This document shows positions 50,145-62,299 of a DNA stretch of 64,000 bases, in pieces. The position numbers and the translations under genes were made by a program. Location of the stretch: contig JAPPIT010000017.1 of assembly GCA_028820505.1 (NCBI GenBank), positions 1,409 to 65,408 on the forward strand, read 5' to 3'. The DNA is from Defluviicoccus sp. (GTDB taxonomy: Bacteria > Pseudomonadota > Alphaproteobacteria > MPNO01). Below the pieces are notes generated by a model. It was given only the letters and a program-made list of their open reading frames with translations, had not been told where the DNA came from and did no database searches. Position 1 is the stretch's first letter. Every line of letters starts with the position of its first letter.

Positions 50145-53015
50145 CTAGGCGGGGGCCAATGCCTCGTCGACCAGGGCCTTCTGTTCGCGGGCGTGCTGCG
50201 CTGCGAGCCCCGTCGCGGTGGATGCGGCCTCGGGCCGGCCGGCGTAGACCGGCCTGTCCGCCTGCACGTCGAGCGTCGCCAGCAGGTCTTCGATGCGCCG
50301 GTCCATGTAAGTCCAGGCCCCCATGTTGCGCGGCTCCTCCTGGCACCAGACGACCTCGGCGTCGGGATAGCGGGCGAGCTCGGCCCCGAGCGAGATATTG
50401 GGGAACGGGTAGAGCTGTTCCACGCGGACCAGCGCGATGTCCCGCATTTCGCGTTCATCCCGCGCGGCCAGAAGATCGTAATAGACCTTGCCGCTGCACA
50501 GGACGACGCGGCGGATATCGGCATCCGGCGCCGCGGGACCGGACTCGGGGAGAACGCGCCGGAACGAGGTGCCGGCGCACATGTCGTCCAGACGGGAAAC
50601 GCAGAGTTTGTGCCGGAGCAGCGATTTCGGCGTCATGACGATCAGCGGCTTCCGGAAGCTGCGATGGATTTGCCGCCTCAGCGCGTGGAAATAGTTGGCC
50701 GGCGTGGTGATGTTGCACACCTGCATGTTGTCTTCGCCGCAGAGCTGGAGATAGCGCTCCAGCCGCGCCGAGGAGTGCTCCGGCCCCTGGCCTTCGTAAC
50801 CGTGCGGCAGGAGGATCACCAGCCCGGACATGCGCAGCCACTTGGTCTCGCCGGAAGAAATGAACTGGTCGACGATGAACTGCGCTCCGTTGGCGAAGTC
50901 GCCGAACTGCGCCTCCCACAGCACCAGCATGTTGGGGTCGGCCAGCGACATGCCGTATTCGAAGCCCAGCACCGAGGCCTCGGCCAGCGGGCTGTCGCGC
51001 ACCGCCAGCCGCTCCTGGCCTTCGCAAATGTGGGCCAGCGGCGTGTAGGCTTCCTGGGTTTCCTGATCGATGAGCACCGAGTGGCGCTGGGAGAAGGTGC
51101 CGCGGCGGCAATCCTGGCCGCTGAGACGGACGAAGCGGCCTTCCGCCAGGATCGTGCCGAAGGCGAGCGCCTCGGCGGTGGCCCAATCGACCCCCTCGCC
51201 CGTTTCGAACATCGCCTTTCGCGCATCGACGAAGCGGTTGAGCTTGGGATTCAGATTAAATCCGTCCGGGATGGCGGTGAGCGCCCGGCCGACCGTGTCG
51301 AGCGCCTCGCGGGCGACGGCGGTCTTGCCCCGGCGTTCTTCCAGCGACGGCGCGGTGGTCATCTCCGCCCATTCCCCCTCCAGCCAGTCGGCCTTGTTGG
51401 GCCTGTAGCTCTTGGCGGCCTCGAACGCGTCCTCCAGCCGTTGCCGGCAGTCCCTGTTCACACGTTCCACTTCGTCCGAGGTGAGCAGGCCCTCCTCGAC
51501 CAGCCGCTCGCCATACACGGAGGCGACGGAAGGATGGTCGGCGATCGCCTTGTACATCACCGGCTGGGTGAAAGCGGGCTCGTCGGATTCGTTGTGTCCG
51601 AAGCGGCGGTAGGACCAGATATCGAGAACCACATCCTTCCGGAAGGTGTCGCGGAACTCGGTCGCGATGCGCGCGACGTGGATCACGGCTTCCACGTCGT
51701 CGCCGTTGACGTGAAAGATCGGCGCCTGAACCGATTTCGCGATCTCGGTCGGGTAGCGCGAGGCCCGCGTCGCCGCCGGGCTGGTGGTGAAGCCGATCTG
51801 GTTGTTGACGACCAGGTGGATGGTTCCGCCGGTCCGGTAACCGGCGATGTCCGACAGGCCGAAGGTCTCCGCCACGATCCCCTGGCCGGCAAAGGCCGCA
51901 TCGCCATGCATCAGGATGCCGAGGACGCGCCGGCGTTCGAAATCCTCGCGCTGGCGCTGCTTGGCACGGACCTTGCCCACGACGACGGGATCGACCGCCT
52001 CGAGATGGGACGGGTTGGCGGCCAGCGAGAGATGCACCTTGATGCCGTCGAACTCGCGGTCGGCGGATGCGCCCAGATGGTACTTCACGTCACCCGAGCC
52101 GCCGACCTCCTCGGGCTGGTAGGACATGCCCCGGAACTCGGCGAAGATCGCCGCATAGGGCTTGTGCATGACGTGGGCGAGCACGTTGAGCCGCCCGCGA
52201 TGGGGCATGCCGAGCACGACTTCCTCGACGCCGAGCTGGGAGCCGCGCTTGAGGATCTGTTCCAGGGCAGGGATCAGCGACTCGCTGCCGTCGAGCCCGA
52301 AGCGCTTGGTGCCCGGATACCGTACGTGGAGGAACTTCTCGAAGGATTCGGCCTCCACCAGGCGCTCGTGAATGGTCTCCTTGCCGCGCTCGGTGAAATC
52401 GGTCTGGTTGTGGATCGTTTCGATGCGGTCCTGGATCCAGATCTTCTCCTCGGCGGAGGTGATGTGCATGTATTCGACGCCGACGGTGCCGCAATAGGTC
52501 TTGCGGAGCGCATCGACTATCTGGCGGAGGGTCGCGCGCTCGAAACCGAGCGTGTTCACGTAGATCGGCCGGTCGTAGTCGGCCTCGGTAAAGCCGTAGC
52601 TCTCGGGATCGAGCTCGCTGTGCGGCGCGGGCTTCTCCAGCTTGAGCGGATCCAGGTCGCAATAGAGGTGGCCGCGGACCCGGTGGGACCGGATCAGGGT
52701 CAGCGCCTGGATCGAATCCCGCGTCGCGTGACGCAGCTCGATCCCGTCTCCGGCGGGCGGGATTGCCCGTGCGACGGCGCCGCCGTTGGCCGCCGCCTCG
52801 CCGGGACCGTCGTCGATGACTCGCGTTTCCCGGGGCGCCCAGCTTGCGCCTTCCAGAGCCCTGAGGACTTCCGGCGCCTCGTCGCGGAGGTCGGAGAAAA
52901 ACGCCGCCCATTCGGGATCGACCGAGGCGGGATCGGAAGCGAATCTGGCGTAAAGCTCCTCGACGAACGCTCCGTTCGCGCCGGCGAGGAAGCTGGTATC
53001 GGCGGCTCTTGTCAT
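50145..53015 (-). CDS. sucA: 2-oxoglutarate dehydrogenase E1
   Basis: GMPHRGRLN, GDVKYH, HGDAAFAGQG and LPHGYEGQGPEHSSARLER. Confidence 0.99.
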   Translation of the reverse strand: MTRAADTSFLAGANGAFVEELYARFASDPASVDPEWAAFFSDLRDEAPEVLRALEGASWAPRETRVIDDGPGEAAANGGAVARAIPPAGDGIELRHATRDSIQALTLIRSHRVRGHLYCDLDPLKLEKPAPHSELDPESYGFTEADYDRPIYVNTLGFERATLRQIVDALRKTYCGTVGVEYMHITSAEEKIWIQDRIETIHNQTDFTERGKETIHERLVEAESFEKFLHVRYPGTKRFGLDGSESLIPALEQILKRGSQLGVEEVVLGMPHRGRLNVLAHVMHKPYAAIFAEFRGMSYQPEEVGGSGDVKYHLGASADREFDGIKVHLSLAANPSHLEAVDPVVVGKVRAKQRQREDFERRRVLGILMHGDAAFAGQGIVAETFGLSDIAGYRTGGTIHLVVNNQIGFTTSPAATRASRYPTEIAKSVQAPIFHVNGDDVEAVIHVARIATEFRDTFRKDVVLDIWSYRRFGHNESDEPAFTQPVMYKAIADHPSVASVYGERLVEEGLLTSDEVERVNRDCRQRLEDAFEAAKSYRPNKADWLEGEWAEMTTAPSLEERRGKTAVAREALDTVGRALTAIPDGFNLNPKLNRFVDARKAMFETGEGVDWATAEALAFGTILAEGRFVRLSGQDCRRGTFSQRHSVLIDQETQEAYTPLAHICEGQERLAVRDSPLAEASVLGFEYGMSLADPNMLVLWEAQFGDFANGAQFIVDQFISSGETKWLRMSGLVILLPHGYEGQGPEHSSARLERYLQLCGEDNMQVCNITTPANYFHALRRQIHRSFRKPLIVMTPKSLLRHKLCVSRLDDMCAGTSFRRVLPESGPAAPDADIRRVVLCSGKVYYDLLAARDEREMRDIALVRVEQLYPFPNISLGAELARYPDAEVVWCQEEPRNMGAWTYMDRRIEDLLATLDVQADRPVYAGRPEAASTATGLAAQHAREQKALVDEALAPA

Positions 53016-53097
53016 AGGCCTTGGCTCAATTCTCGATCCGCGTGCACTATAACGCCGAAACGGCCGTTCGCGCGGGGCGGCGGCGGGAAATGAAAGC

Positions 53098-53973
53098 TCA
53101 GCCGCGCATCGCCTCGGCCATCGTCTCGCCGATGGCGGCCGGTGAGTCCGCGACCCTGATGCCGGCCTGCTTGAAGGCCTCGATCTTGTCGCCCGCCGCG
53201 CCCTTGCCGCCCGAGATGATCGCGCCGGCGTGACCCATGCGGCGGCCCGGCGGGGCGGTTACCCCCGCGATGAAGCCGACCACCGGCTTCTCCGTCTTCG
53301 ACTGCTTGATGAAGGATGCGGCGTCTTCCTCGGCGCCGCCGCCGATTTCGCCGATCACGATGACACCCTCGGTCTCATCGTCGGCGAGGAAGGCTTCGAG
53401 GCAATCGACGAAATCCGTGCCGTTGACCGGATCGCCGCCGATTCCGATGCAGGTCGTCTGGCCCAGCCCCGCCGCCGTGGTCTGCGCCACCGCCTCGTAG
53501 GTGAGCGTCCCGGAGCGCGAGACGATTCCGATCCTGCCGCGCCGGTGGATATGGCCGGGCATGATGCCGATCTTGCACTCGTCCGGCGTGATGACGCCGG
53601 GGCAGTTCGGCCCGATCAGCCGCGACGCGGAATCGCCCAGGACACGCTTGACCCGCACCATGTCGACCACCGGAATGCCCTCGGTGATGCAGACGATCAG
53701 GGCCACCTCGGCCTCGATCGCCTCGAGGATGGCGTCCGCGGCGAAGGGCGGCGGCACATAGATGACGGAGGCATCGGCCCCGGTCTTCTCGACCGCCTCG
53801 GCCACCGTGTCGAACACGTCGAGATCGAGATGCCTGGTGCCGCCCTTTCCGGGCGTCACGCCGCCCACCATCCGTGTGCCGTAGGCGATCGCCTGCTCGG
53901 AATGAAAGGTTCCCTGCGCCCCGGTGAAACCCTGGCAGATCACCCTGGTGTCCGAATTGACGAGAACGGCCAT
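53098..53973 (-). CDS. sucD: Succinyl-CoA ligase alpha subunit
   Basis: [24 protein letters not shown] and RRMGHAGAI; ATG 53973. Confidence 0.98.
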   Translation of the reverse strand: MAVLVNSDTRVICQGFTGAQGTFHSEQAIAYGTRMVGGVTPGKGGTRHLDLDVFDTVAEAVEKTGADASVIYVPPPFAADAILEAIEAEVALIVCITEGIPVVDMVRVKRVLGDSASRLIGPNCPGVITPDECKIGIMPGHIHRRGRIGIVSRSGTLTYEAVAQTTAAGLGQTTCIGIGGDPVNGTDFVDCLEAFLADDETEGVIVIGEIGGGAEEDAASFIKQSKTEKPVVGFIAGVTAPPGRRMGHAGAIISGGKGAAGDKIEAFKQAGIRVADSPAAIGETMAEAMRG

Positions 53974-55142
53974 CAGGCGGCCTCGTCGACGGCGTGGACG
54001 ACCCGCTCCGCGGCTTCGGCGAGCGTATCGGCCGATATGATCAGAAGACCGGACTCGGCCAGCAATTTCTTGCCCAGCTCGACGTTGGTGCCGGCGAGAC
54101 GGACGACAAGGGGTACGTTGAGATTGATCTCGCGGGCGGCGGCGACCACGCCTTCGGCGATCACGTCGCAGCGCATGATGCCGCCGAAGATGTTGACCAG
54201 GATCCCCTCGACATTGGGATCGGACAGGATCAGCTTGAATGCGGCGGTCACACGTTCGCGCGAGGCGCCGCCGCCGACGTCGAGAAAGTTCGCCGGCTCC
54301 CCGCCGTGCAGCTTGATGATGTCCATGGTCGCCATGGCGAGCCCGGCGCCGTTGACCATGCAGCCGATATTGCCGTCGAGCTTTATGTAGTTGAGGTCGT
54401 GCTTGAGCGCCTCGCGCTCCATCGCGTCCTCTTCGTCCTCGTCCCGCAACTCGATCACGTCGGAATGCCGGAACAGCGCGTTGTCGTCGAACGCCATCTT
54501 GGCATCGAGCGCGACCACGTCGCCCGCGCCGGTCACCACCAGCGGGTTGATTTCGACGATCGAGGCGTCGAGCCCGACGAAGGCCTCGTAAATGCCCGTA
54601 ACGAACCTGACCGCGGCGCCGATCTGCCTGCCCTCCAGCGCGAGGCCGAAGGCGATCCGGCGCGCGTGATGGGGCTGGATGCCGGTCGCCGGATCGATGT
54701 CCACGGTCAGGATCTTCTCCGGCGTCTCGGCCGCGACCTGCTCGATTTCCACGCCGCCCTCGGTCGAGGCCATCAGGGTCGGCCGGCCGGTTTCGCGGTC
54801 GACCAGCATCCCGAGATAGAGCTCGCGCGCGATATCGCACCCTTCCTCGATATAGACCCGCTTGACCCGGCGCCCTTCCGGCCCGGTCTGGTGGGTGACG
54901 AGGTTCATGCCGATCATCGCCTGCGCCGCGTCGCGCACGTCGTCGATCGACCGGACCACCCTGACCCCGCCGCCCTTGCCGCGGCCGCCGGCGTGGATCT
55001 GCGCCTTGACCACCCAGACCGGGCCGCCGAGCTCGTTCGCCGCGTCGACCGCCTCTGCGGCGGTATAGGCGACCTTGCCGCGCGGAACGGCAACGCCGTA
55101 GCGGGACAGCAGCTGCTTGGCCTGGTACTCGTGAATGTTCAT
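53973..55142 (-). CDS. sucC: Succinyl-CoA ligase beta subunit
   Basis: [22 protein letters not shown] and [11 protein letters not shown]. Confidence 0.99.
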   Translation of the reverse strand: MNIHEYQAKQLLSRYGVAVPRGKVAYTAAEAVDAANELGGPVWVVKAQIHAGGRGKGGGVRVVRSIDDVRDAAQAMIGMNLVTHQTGPEGRRVKRVYIEEGCDIARELYLGMLVDRETGRPTLMASTEGGVEIEQVAAETPEKILTVDIDPATGIQPHHARRIAFGLALEGRQIGAAVRFVTGIYEAFVGLDASIVEINPLVVTGAGDVVALDAKMAFDDNALFRHSDVIELRDEDEEDAMEREALKHDLNYIKLDGNIGCMVNGAGLAMATMDIIKLHGGEPANFLDVGGGASRERVTAAFKLILSDPNVEGILVNIFGGIMRCDVIAEGVVAAAREINLNVPLVVRLAGTNVELGKKLLAESGLLIISADTLAEAAERVVHAVDEAA

Positions 55143-55165
55143 CCTCGACCCCGCGCGGTGCCGGG

Positions 55166-56227
<1,062 letters not shown>

Positions 56228-57337
56228 TCACCCGAGATGCTCGGCGGCGAGATAGGCTGCGGACTGCATTTCGTGCAGCCTCGAGACCGCGCGCTTGAAG
56301 GCGAAAGCCGCGTCTCCCGCGGGGTAGAGCCCGTCGGGAGGCGCCTCCGCGGACATCACCAGCTTCGCCTTGTTCTCGTAGAGCGCATCGACGAGGTTGA
56401 CGAAGCGCCTGGCCTCGTCCGCGCGGGCCGCGTGGAGCCTCGGAACCCCGTCGAGCACAAGCGTGTGGAAGTTCCGCGCGAGCGCCAGATAGTCCGCGGC
56501 GCCGAGAGGACGGCCGCACAGCGCCTCGAAGGTGAACGCCGCGACGCCCCGCGCCGCGCGCGGCACGTGCAGGATCCGCCCCATGACGGGAATCTCCGCC
56601 GGGCAGGCCGCCGCCCCTTCGGTCAGCGCGAGGAAAGACTCTTCGAGCGCCTTGTCGGCGGCCGGTCCCAGCGGGGCGTGATAGACGGCGAGGTCGCGGA
56701 TCCTGAGCCGCCGGTAATCGACCGTCCCGTCCAGCGCCAGAAGGTCGAGCCGTTCGCGGATCAGCTCGATGAACGGCTCGAAGCGGTCGCGCTGCAGCCC
56801 GTCTTTGTAAAGGTCGCCGGGCGCCACGTTGCTGGTCGCGACCACGACGACTCCCCTGGCCAGAAGCGCCTCGAACAGACGGCCGAGAATCATGGCGTCG
56901 GCGATGTTCTCGACCTGGAACTCGTCGAAGCACAGCAGCCAGGCCTCGTCGGCGATTTCGCTGCCGAGCCGGGCCAGCGGGTCGGCGCGCCGGTCCCTGC
57001 GAAGGGCGTGCAGGCGGTCCTGGACCTCCAGCATGAACGCGTGGAAGTGGATGCGCCGCTTGAGCGACACCTGCGCGCCGTCGAAGAAGATGTCCATCAG
57101 CATCGTCTTGCCGCGTCCGACGCCGCCGAATATGTAGAGCCCCTGCGGCGCGTCGCCGCGCCGGCGCGCGAGGCCGAGACGGGCCCGCCAGCCGCCCTCG
57201 CCCGTGTCCGGCCGGTAGCCCGCGAGCGCGTTGTGAAGGCTCTGGAGCTTCTCGGCCGCAAGCGCCTGGTCGGGATCGGGCTTCAGCGCGCCCGCGCGGA
57301 TGCGGGCGCGGTAAACCGCGAGCGGTCCTTCGGTCAT
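56228..57337 (-). CDS. zapE: AFG1/ZapE-family ATPase
   Basis: GGVGRGKTMLMD, LCFDEFQV, ATSN, LYKDGLQR and RAVSRLHEM. Confidence 0.95.
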   Translation of the reverse strand: MTEGPLAVYRARIRAGALKPDPDQALAAEKLQSLHNALAGYRPDTGEGGWRARLGLARRRGDAPQGLYIFGGVGRGKTMLMDIFFDGAQVSLKRRIHFHAFMLEVQDRLHALRRDRRADPLARLGSEIADEAWLLCFDEFQVENIADAMILGRLFEALLARGVVVVATSNVAPGDLYKDGLQRDRFEPFIELIRERLDLLALDGTVDYRRLRIRDLAVYHAPLGPAADKALEESFLALTEGAAACPAEIPVMGRILHVPRAARGVAAFTFEALCGRPLGAADYLALARNFHTLVLDGVPRLHAARADEARRFVNLVDALYENKAKLVMSAEAPPDGLYPAGDAAFAFKRAVSRLHEMQSAAYLAAEHLG

Positions 57338-57410
57338 CGCATCGTGTGTCGGTCTGGACGCCCCGGCGCCAAGTGATCGCGTTCCAATCTCTTTCGGCCG
57401 CCGTTTCCGG

Positions 57411-60140
57411 TCAACCTGCGGGAGCCGAGAGAAACGACCGGGTGGCGGCGACGGCTTCGGCGAGGCCGACGCGTTCGACGGGGACCTCGGGCGGGAAGGC
57501 GCCCTGGAGGCGCGACGGCATCATCGGGTCGAGCAGGACGAACACGCCGGTGTCGTCGGCCTTCCGCACCAGCCGCCCGAATGCCTGCTTGAGCCGCAGC
57601 CGGGCCAGCATGTCGTCATATCGGATGTCGGGAAATGCCTTGCGCCGCTCGCGATGGAGGATGGTGGGGCGCGGCCACGGCAGGCGGTCGAACACGATCA
57701 GCCTGAGCGAACGGCCGGGAATGTCGATTCCGTCGCGCACCGCGTCCGTGCCCAGCATGCAGGTGTCGGACTCGGCACGGAAAATGTCGACAAGGCTGGC
57801 GGTGTCGAGAGAGTCGACATGCTGCGCGAGCAGGGAAATGCCTACCTCCTCCATGTCGACCGCGATCCGTTCGTAGACCGCGCGCAGGCGGGAAATCGCG
57901 GTGAAAAGGCCGAGCGCGCCGCCGCCGGAAGCCCGCATCAGCGCGCGGTAGGCGCCAGCGACCCGGTCGGCATCGTCCTTGCGGACATCGGTGACGACGA
58001 ACACCCGCGCGAGCCGGGCATAGTCGAAGGGCGACGGCGCCTCGACCCGGATGGCGGGCGAGGCGAGATGGCGCGCCCCGGTCCGCATTTCGGCCGCGCG
58101 CCAATCGGCATCCACGTCGCCGGTGCCGTCCCTCAGCGTGGCGGAGGTGACGACGACCCCGTGCGCCGGCGCCACGACCGTTTCCGCGAAGGGCAGCAGC
58201 GGGTCGAGCCAATGGCGATGCATCGCGACGTCGATGTCGCGCCCCTGGTACCGGCTGACGGAAAACCAGTCGACGAATGCCTCGGGCGTAGCGTCGTCCA
58301 GCGCCTGGAGCATGGCGTGCCAGTTCTCGAGCTGGCCCTCGACCCTGATCCGCAGGCCGCGCGCGGCGGCCTCGAACCGGTTGCGGGTCGGCGTGTCGAG
58401 ATGCTCGGCCTCCTCGTCCAGCAGCGCGTCGAGCCGCGCCGCGACCGCGCGGGCGGGCGCGATCAGCGCGCCGAGCGTGCTTTCGAGCGCGTTCGCCGCC
58501 TCGATCAGCCCGGGCACGGGAGGCCGGGTCTCGGCCTCGAGATCGTAGGGAATGCTCGTATCCCTCGCCCGGGCATAGACCTGCCGGCGAACCGCGGCGA
58601 GGAAGGTCTCCGCGGGACCGCGCGGGGCATCCGACGCGAGGCGCGCGTTCCAGCCGGCGGCCGGCAGGGTCCTCGCCGCCTTCAGGGTCTCCGCCAGCGC
58701 CTCGCCGAGCGCGTCGTCGATCGTCGCGGCATCCTCGATACGGCGGGCGAGCCCCCGCGCGCGCCGTCCGCGCGTGTCCTCGGCGCCGAGCAGCCAGCGC
58801 CTGAGATCGACGCCCTCCAGGCCGCCCAGCCGTGCCGCGAAAGCATCGTCGGCGGCATCGAACACATGATGGCCCTCGTCGAAGATCACGCGGCCGGGCG
58901 CGAACCGGTCGTCGGTCCCGCCGACGGCGGCGAGGGTCATCACCAGCGCATGGTTGGCGACCACGATGTCGGCCCGACGGGCGCGGCGCGCGGTGCGCTC
59001 GATGAAGCATTTGTGGTAGTGCGCGCAGGCCGAGTAGATGCATTCGCCGCGCCGGTGCGCGAGGCCCAGCGTGTTGCGCGGCCCCAGCAGATCGGCGAGC
59101 CACGCGGGGAAATCGCCGCCGACCATGTCGCCGTCCCGGGTCGCCGCCGTCCAGCGCGCGACCAGACCGAGCGCGATGTCGTCCGCGGCATCGGCGCCCC
59201 CGCGCCCCAGCGCCTCCTCCAGGTTCAGGAGACACAGATAGTTGTCCCGGCCCTTGCGGATCACCACGCGGCGGTGCTTGACGTCCGGATCGGGATGGAG
59301 CCGGTCGAGCTCGGTGTCGATCTGGCGCTGCAGGTTGCGCGTGAACGTGCTGATCCAGACCGGACCGCCGTTTCGTTCCGCCCAAAGGCTCGCCGGCGCG
59401 ATATAGCCGACCGTCTTGCCCACGCCGGTGCCGGCTTCGGCGATCGCGACGGCCGGGGCGTCCTCGCGGTCGCGCGGGACGAATGCCGCCGTGAGCGCGG
59501 AGGTGAAATCCGCCTGGCCCGGACGGTCCTCGGCTCCGGGACCGAGCAGGTCGGCGAGGCGGCGCCTCGCTTCGCCTGGTTCGACGGGTGCGTTCCCCGG
59601 CTGCGGCTGGGGGGCATGCTCGGCGATCTCCGGCAACCGGCCCCAGACGCGTAGACCCGCCGCATCCGCCGGAATCGAGTCCGCGCCTCCGAGCCTGTCC
59701 AGGACCGCATCCGCCCAGGGCCAGCCGGCTCCTCCCATGAAGGAGGCGATCACCGCCGCGTCCGGGTCGGCGTCCAGCTCGTCGAGCAGCAATCCGGCCG
59801 CGCGGGCGAGCGTGCGGGCCTCTTCGGCGAGCCCCTCCGGCGCGGGGAGTTCCAGCGCGTCGGCGAGCCCGCCCGCGGTCGGGAGACAGGGCGCGGCCGG
59901 TCGCGCGAAGGCGAACAATTCGAGCAGGTCGCACGCCCTGAACGGCCAGGCACCGAGCCGTTGGCCCAGGACCCTGCCGTGACAGACGATGGGAACCATG
60001 CCCTTGCCGAGCGCCGCGACGGCGTCGCCGTGCGGAACCGTCCGCGCCTTGCCGTCGGCATCGAGGATCAGCGATTCCCGGATATTGGCGACCAGAACGG
60101 GACGGCCCCCGCGGTCGCCAAAGAGATCGGCGGACGCCAT
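57411..60140 (-). CDS. dinG: DinG-family Fe-S ATP-dependent helicase
   Basis: EAGTGVGKT, KGRDNYLC, C..S.C....C, DEGHH and LKQAFGRLVR. Confidence 0.93.
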   Translation of the reverse strand: MASADLFGDRGGRPVLVANIRESLILDADGKARTVPHGDAVAALGKGMVPIVCHGRVLGQRLGAWPFRACDLLELFAFARPAAPCLPTAGGLADALELPAPEGLAEEARTLARAAGLLLDELDADPDAAVIASFMGGAGWPWADAVLDRLGGADSIPADAAGLRVWGRLPEIAEHAPQPQPGNAPVEPGEARRRLADLLGPGAEDRPGQADFTSALTAAFVPRDREDAPAVAIAEAGTGVGKTVGYIAPASLWAERNGGPVWISTFTRNLQRQIDTELDRLHPDPDVKHRRVVIRKGRDNYLCLLNLEEALGRGGADAADDIALGLVARWTAATRDGDMVGGDFPAWLADLLGPRNTLGLAHRRGECIYSACAHYHKCFIERTARRARRADIVVANHALVMTLAAVGGTDDRFAPGRVIFDEGHHVFDAADDAFAARLGGLEGVDLRRWLLGAEDTRGRRARGLARRIEDAATIDDALGEALAETLKAARTLPAAGWNARLASDAPRGPAETFLAAVRRQVYARARDTSIPYDLEAETRPPVPGLIEAANALESTLGALIAPARAVAARLDALLDEEAEHLDTPTRNRFEAAARGLRIRVEGQLENWHAMLQALDDATPEAFVDWFSVSRYQGRDIDVAMHRHWLDPLLPFAETVVAPAHGVVVTSATLRDGTGDVDADWRAAEMRTGARHLASPAIRVEAPSPFDYARLARVFVVTDVRKDDADRVAGAYRALMRASGGGALGLFTAISRLRAVYERIAVDMEEVGISLLAQHVDSLDTASLVDIFRAESDTCMLGTDAVRDGIDIPGRSLRLIVFDRLPWPRPTILHRERRKAFPDIRYDDMLARLRLKQAFGRLVRKADDTGVFVLLDPMMPSRLQGAFPPEVPVERVGLAEAVAATRSFLSAPAG

Positions 60141-60167
60141 ATGCCGACTATACTACAGGACCGCCGA

Positions 60168-60196
60168 TTGACGCCGGACGACCCGGGACCTAAGCA
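60168..60196 (+). promoter_or_regulatory. Candidate sigma70 promoter for lysS
   Basis: TTGACG-N17-TAAGCA ending 9 bp before the ATG. Confidence 0.5.
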
Positions 60197-60205
60197 GTCC
60201 TCGCG

Positions 60206-61810
60206 ATGAGCAAGCGGAATCCAGCCGACGAACCGCGTTCGTGGCCGTTCGAGGAGGCGCGCAAGATCCTGAAACGGACCGGCAGCGCGGTTCCGCAGAA
60301 GGGCTACGTCCTGCTGGAAACCGGCTACGGTCCCTCCGGGCTGCCCCATATCGGCACGTTCGGCGAGGTCGTGCGCACGCAGATGGTGCGGCGGGCACTG
60401 GCCGAGCTGTCGGACATGCCAAGCCGGCTGTTCGCGTTCTCGGACGACATGGACGGGCTGCGCAAGGTGCCGGAGAACGTCCCGAACGCCGACATGGTGG
60501 CGCGTCACCTGGGCAAGCCGCTCACCGCGATCCCCGACCCGTTCGGCACCCATGAGAGCTTCGGGCATCACAACAACGCCCGCCTTCGCGGCTTCCTCGA
60601 CGATTTCGGGTTCGACTACGAATTCAAGAGTTCGACCGAGTGCTACGCATCGGGCGTCTTCGATTCGACGCTGCTCGCGATCCTCGCCGATTACGAGCGG
60701 ATCACCGACGTGATCCTCCCGACGCTGGGCCCGGAACGCCGCGCGACCTACAGCCCGTTCCTGCCGGTCTGCCCCGATACCGGCCGGGTGCTGCAGGCGC
60801 CGGTGGTCGCGCGGGATGTCGACGCGGGCACCATCGTCTACGAGGCGGAGGACGGCCGGAAGATCGAGGTTCCGGTCACGGGCGGGCTCTGCAAGCTGCA
60901 ATGGAAAGCGGACTGGGCGATGCGCTGGGTGGCGCTCGGCGTCGACTACGAGATGTCGGGCAAGGACCTGATCGACTCGGTGAGGCTGTCGGGCCGGATA
61001 TGCCGGCTGCTCGGCGCAGAGCCGCCCGAGGGGTTCACCTACGAGCTGTTCCTCGACGAGGCGGGGGAGAAGATCTCGAAGTCGCGCGGCAACGGCCTGT
61101 CGGTGGAGGAATGGCTCGCCTACGCGCCGACGGAGAGCCTTGCGCTGTTCATGTACGGTTCGCCCAGGAAGGCGAAGCGACTCTATTTCGACGTCATCCC
61201 GCGCCAGGTGGACGACTATATGGGCTGGCTGGAGAAATTCCCCGGCCAGAGCGAGACCGAACGCATGGACAACCCGGCCTGGCATATCCACGCCGGCGAT
61301 CCGCCGCCCGCGGAAGGGCATGTCGGCTTCGGGCTGCTGCTCAACCTCGCCTCGGTCTGCAACGCCGAGGACAAGGCGATGCTGTGGGGGTTCATCACCC
61401 GCTACGCGCCCGCCGCGACGCCGGAGACCGCGCCGCTGCTCGACCGCCTGGTGGGGCACGCGATCGCCTATTACCGGGACTTCGTCAGGCCCGGCAAGTC
61501 CTACCGCCCGGCGAGCGACGAGGAACGGGCGGCAATCGGGGATCTCGCCGACGCGCTGGAGGCGCTGCCGCCCGACGCGGACGCGGAGACCGTCCAGAAC
61601 GAGGTCTACCGGGTCGGCAGGGAGCATGCCTTCGAGAACCTTCGCGACTGGTTCCGCGCCCTCTACGAGGTCCTGCTGGGCCAGAGCCAGGGTCCGAGAT
61701 TCGGCTCTTTCGTCGTGCTCTACGGGATCGCGGAGACGGTCGCCCTGATGCGCCGCGCGGTCGAAGGCGAGATCGTTTCCGCCCCCCCCCTCTTGTCACC
61801 CCGGCCTTGA
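60206..61810 (+). CDS. lysS: Lysine--tRNA ligase, class I
   Basis: [32 protein letters not shown] and GPRFGSF. Confidence 0.97.
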   Translation: MSKRNPADEPRSWPFEEARKILKRTGSAVPQKGYVLLETGYGPSGLPHIGTFGEVVRTQMVRRALAELSDMPSRLFAFSDDMDGLRKVPENVPNADMVARHLGKPLTAIPDPFGTHESFGHHNNARLRGFLDDFGFDYEFKSSTECYASGVFDSTLLAILADYERITDVILPTLGPERRATYSPFLPVCPDTGRVLQAPVVARDVDAGTIVYEAEDGRKIEVPVTGGLCKLQWKADWAMRWVALGVDYEMSGKDLIDSVRLSGRICRLLGAEPPEGFTYELFLDEAGEKISKSRGNGLSVEEWLAYAPTESLALFMYGSPRKAKRLYFDVIPRQVDDYMGWLEKFPGQSETERMDNPAWHIHAGDPPPAEGHVGFGLLLNLASVCNAEDKAMLWGFITRYAPAATPETAPLLDRLVGHAIAYYRDFVRPGKSYRPASDEERAAIGDLADALEALPPDADAETVQNEVYRVGREHAFENLRDWFRALYEVLLGQSQGPRFGSFVVLYGIAETVALMRRAVEGEIVSAPPLLSPRP

Positions 61811-61860
61811 GCCGGGGTCCAGGGAGGCTGGGCAAGCGTGGTGCCTGTGGCCCCCGGATC
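61795..61860. repeat. GTCA-type REP-like doublet, second unit truncated
   Basis: Unit 1 is GTCACCCCGGC-CTTGA-GCCGGGGTCCA (61795-61821). Inverted unit 2 begins GTGGCCCCCGGATC (61847-61860) and stops abruptly. Confidence 0.7.
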
Positions 61861-62299
61861 GGTGTGCCTATCCATTAGCGCTCACGAGGCACTTGAAGGG
61901 TCGTGGAGGGTCGCTTTCTCTCCTGTACAAGTGGTTATCGTAATTGGCTTTTCCGGGTTTGTCGAGGATTTTTGTCAGGTTCCGTTGTAGACCCATTTAT
62001 CGTCGTTACCGGGTTTTCCGGTTGCATTCGGGGAAGTAGCTCTGGCGTTGCCTGAGCGAAGGGTGTACGATCCCTTCGGCGCTAGAGCGGGCTCATGGGA
62101 GCTACAACGAAGATACAAGGGTCCTATGCCGAACAGTATGATCGCAGGAATCGCTTCGCATTACCATCCAGGTCGGTGCCCCCTTGTAGGGGCGGTTTCG
62201 CGATGACCGGGGACGGCCGCCGGCAGCGCGCGGTGATGGCGACCGACGCGGATTTTGCTCCGTGCGGGACGCTGATTTGGCCGGAAGGAGGGAGGCGGC

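Noticed and set aside
49110-53093. 1327-aa plus-strand ORF
   Set aside because: Antisense shadow of sucA/sucB caused by GC-rich codon bias; no recognisable motifs. The same applies to most other overlapping ORFs in the track.
59800-60140. Extra N-terminal domain on DinG
   Set aside because: It resembles the degenerate exonuclease-like region that I recall as common in alphaproteobacterial DinG, so it is not unusual.
61868-61996. 42-aa minus-strand ORF (MGLQRNLTKILDKPGK...)
   Set aside because: No SD, atypical codon use, and it overlaps the promoter-like motif.
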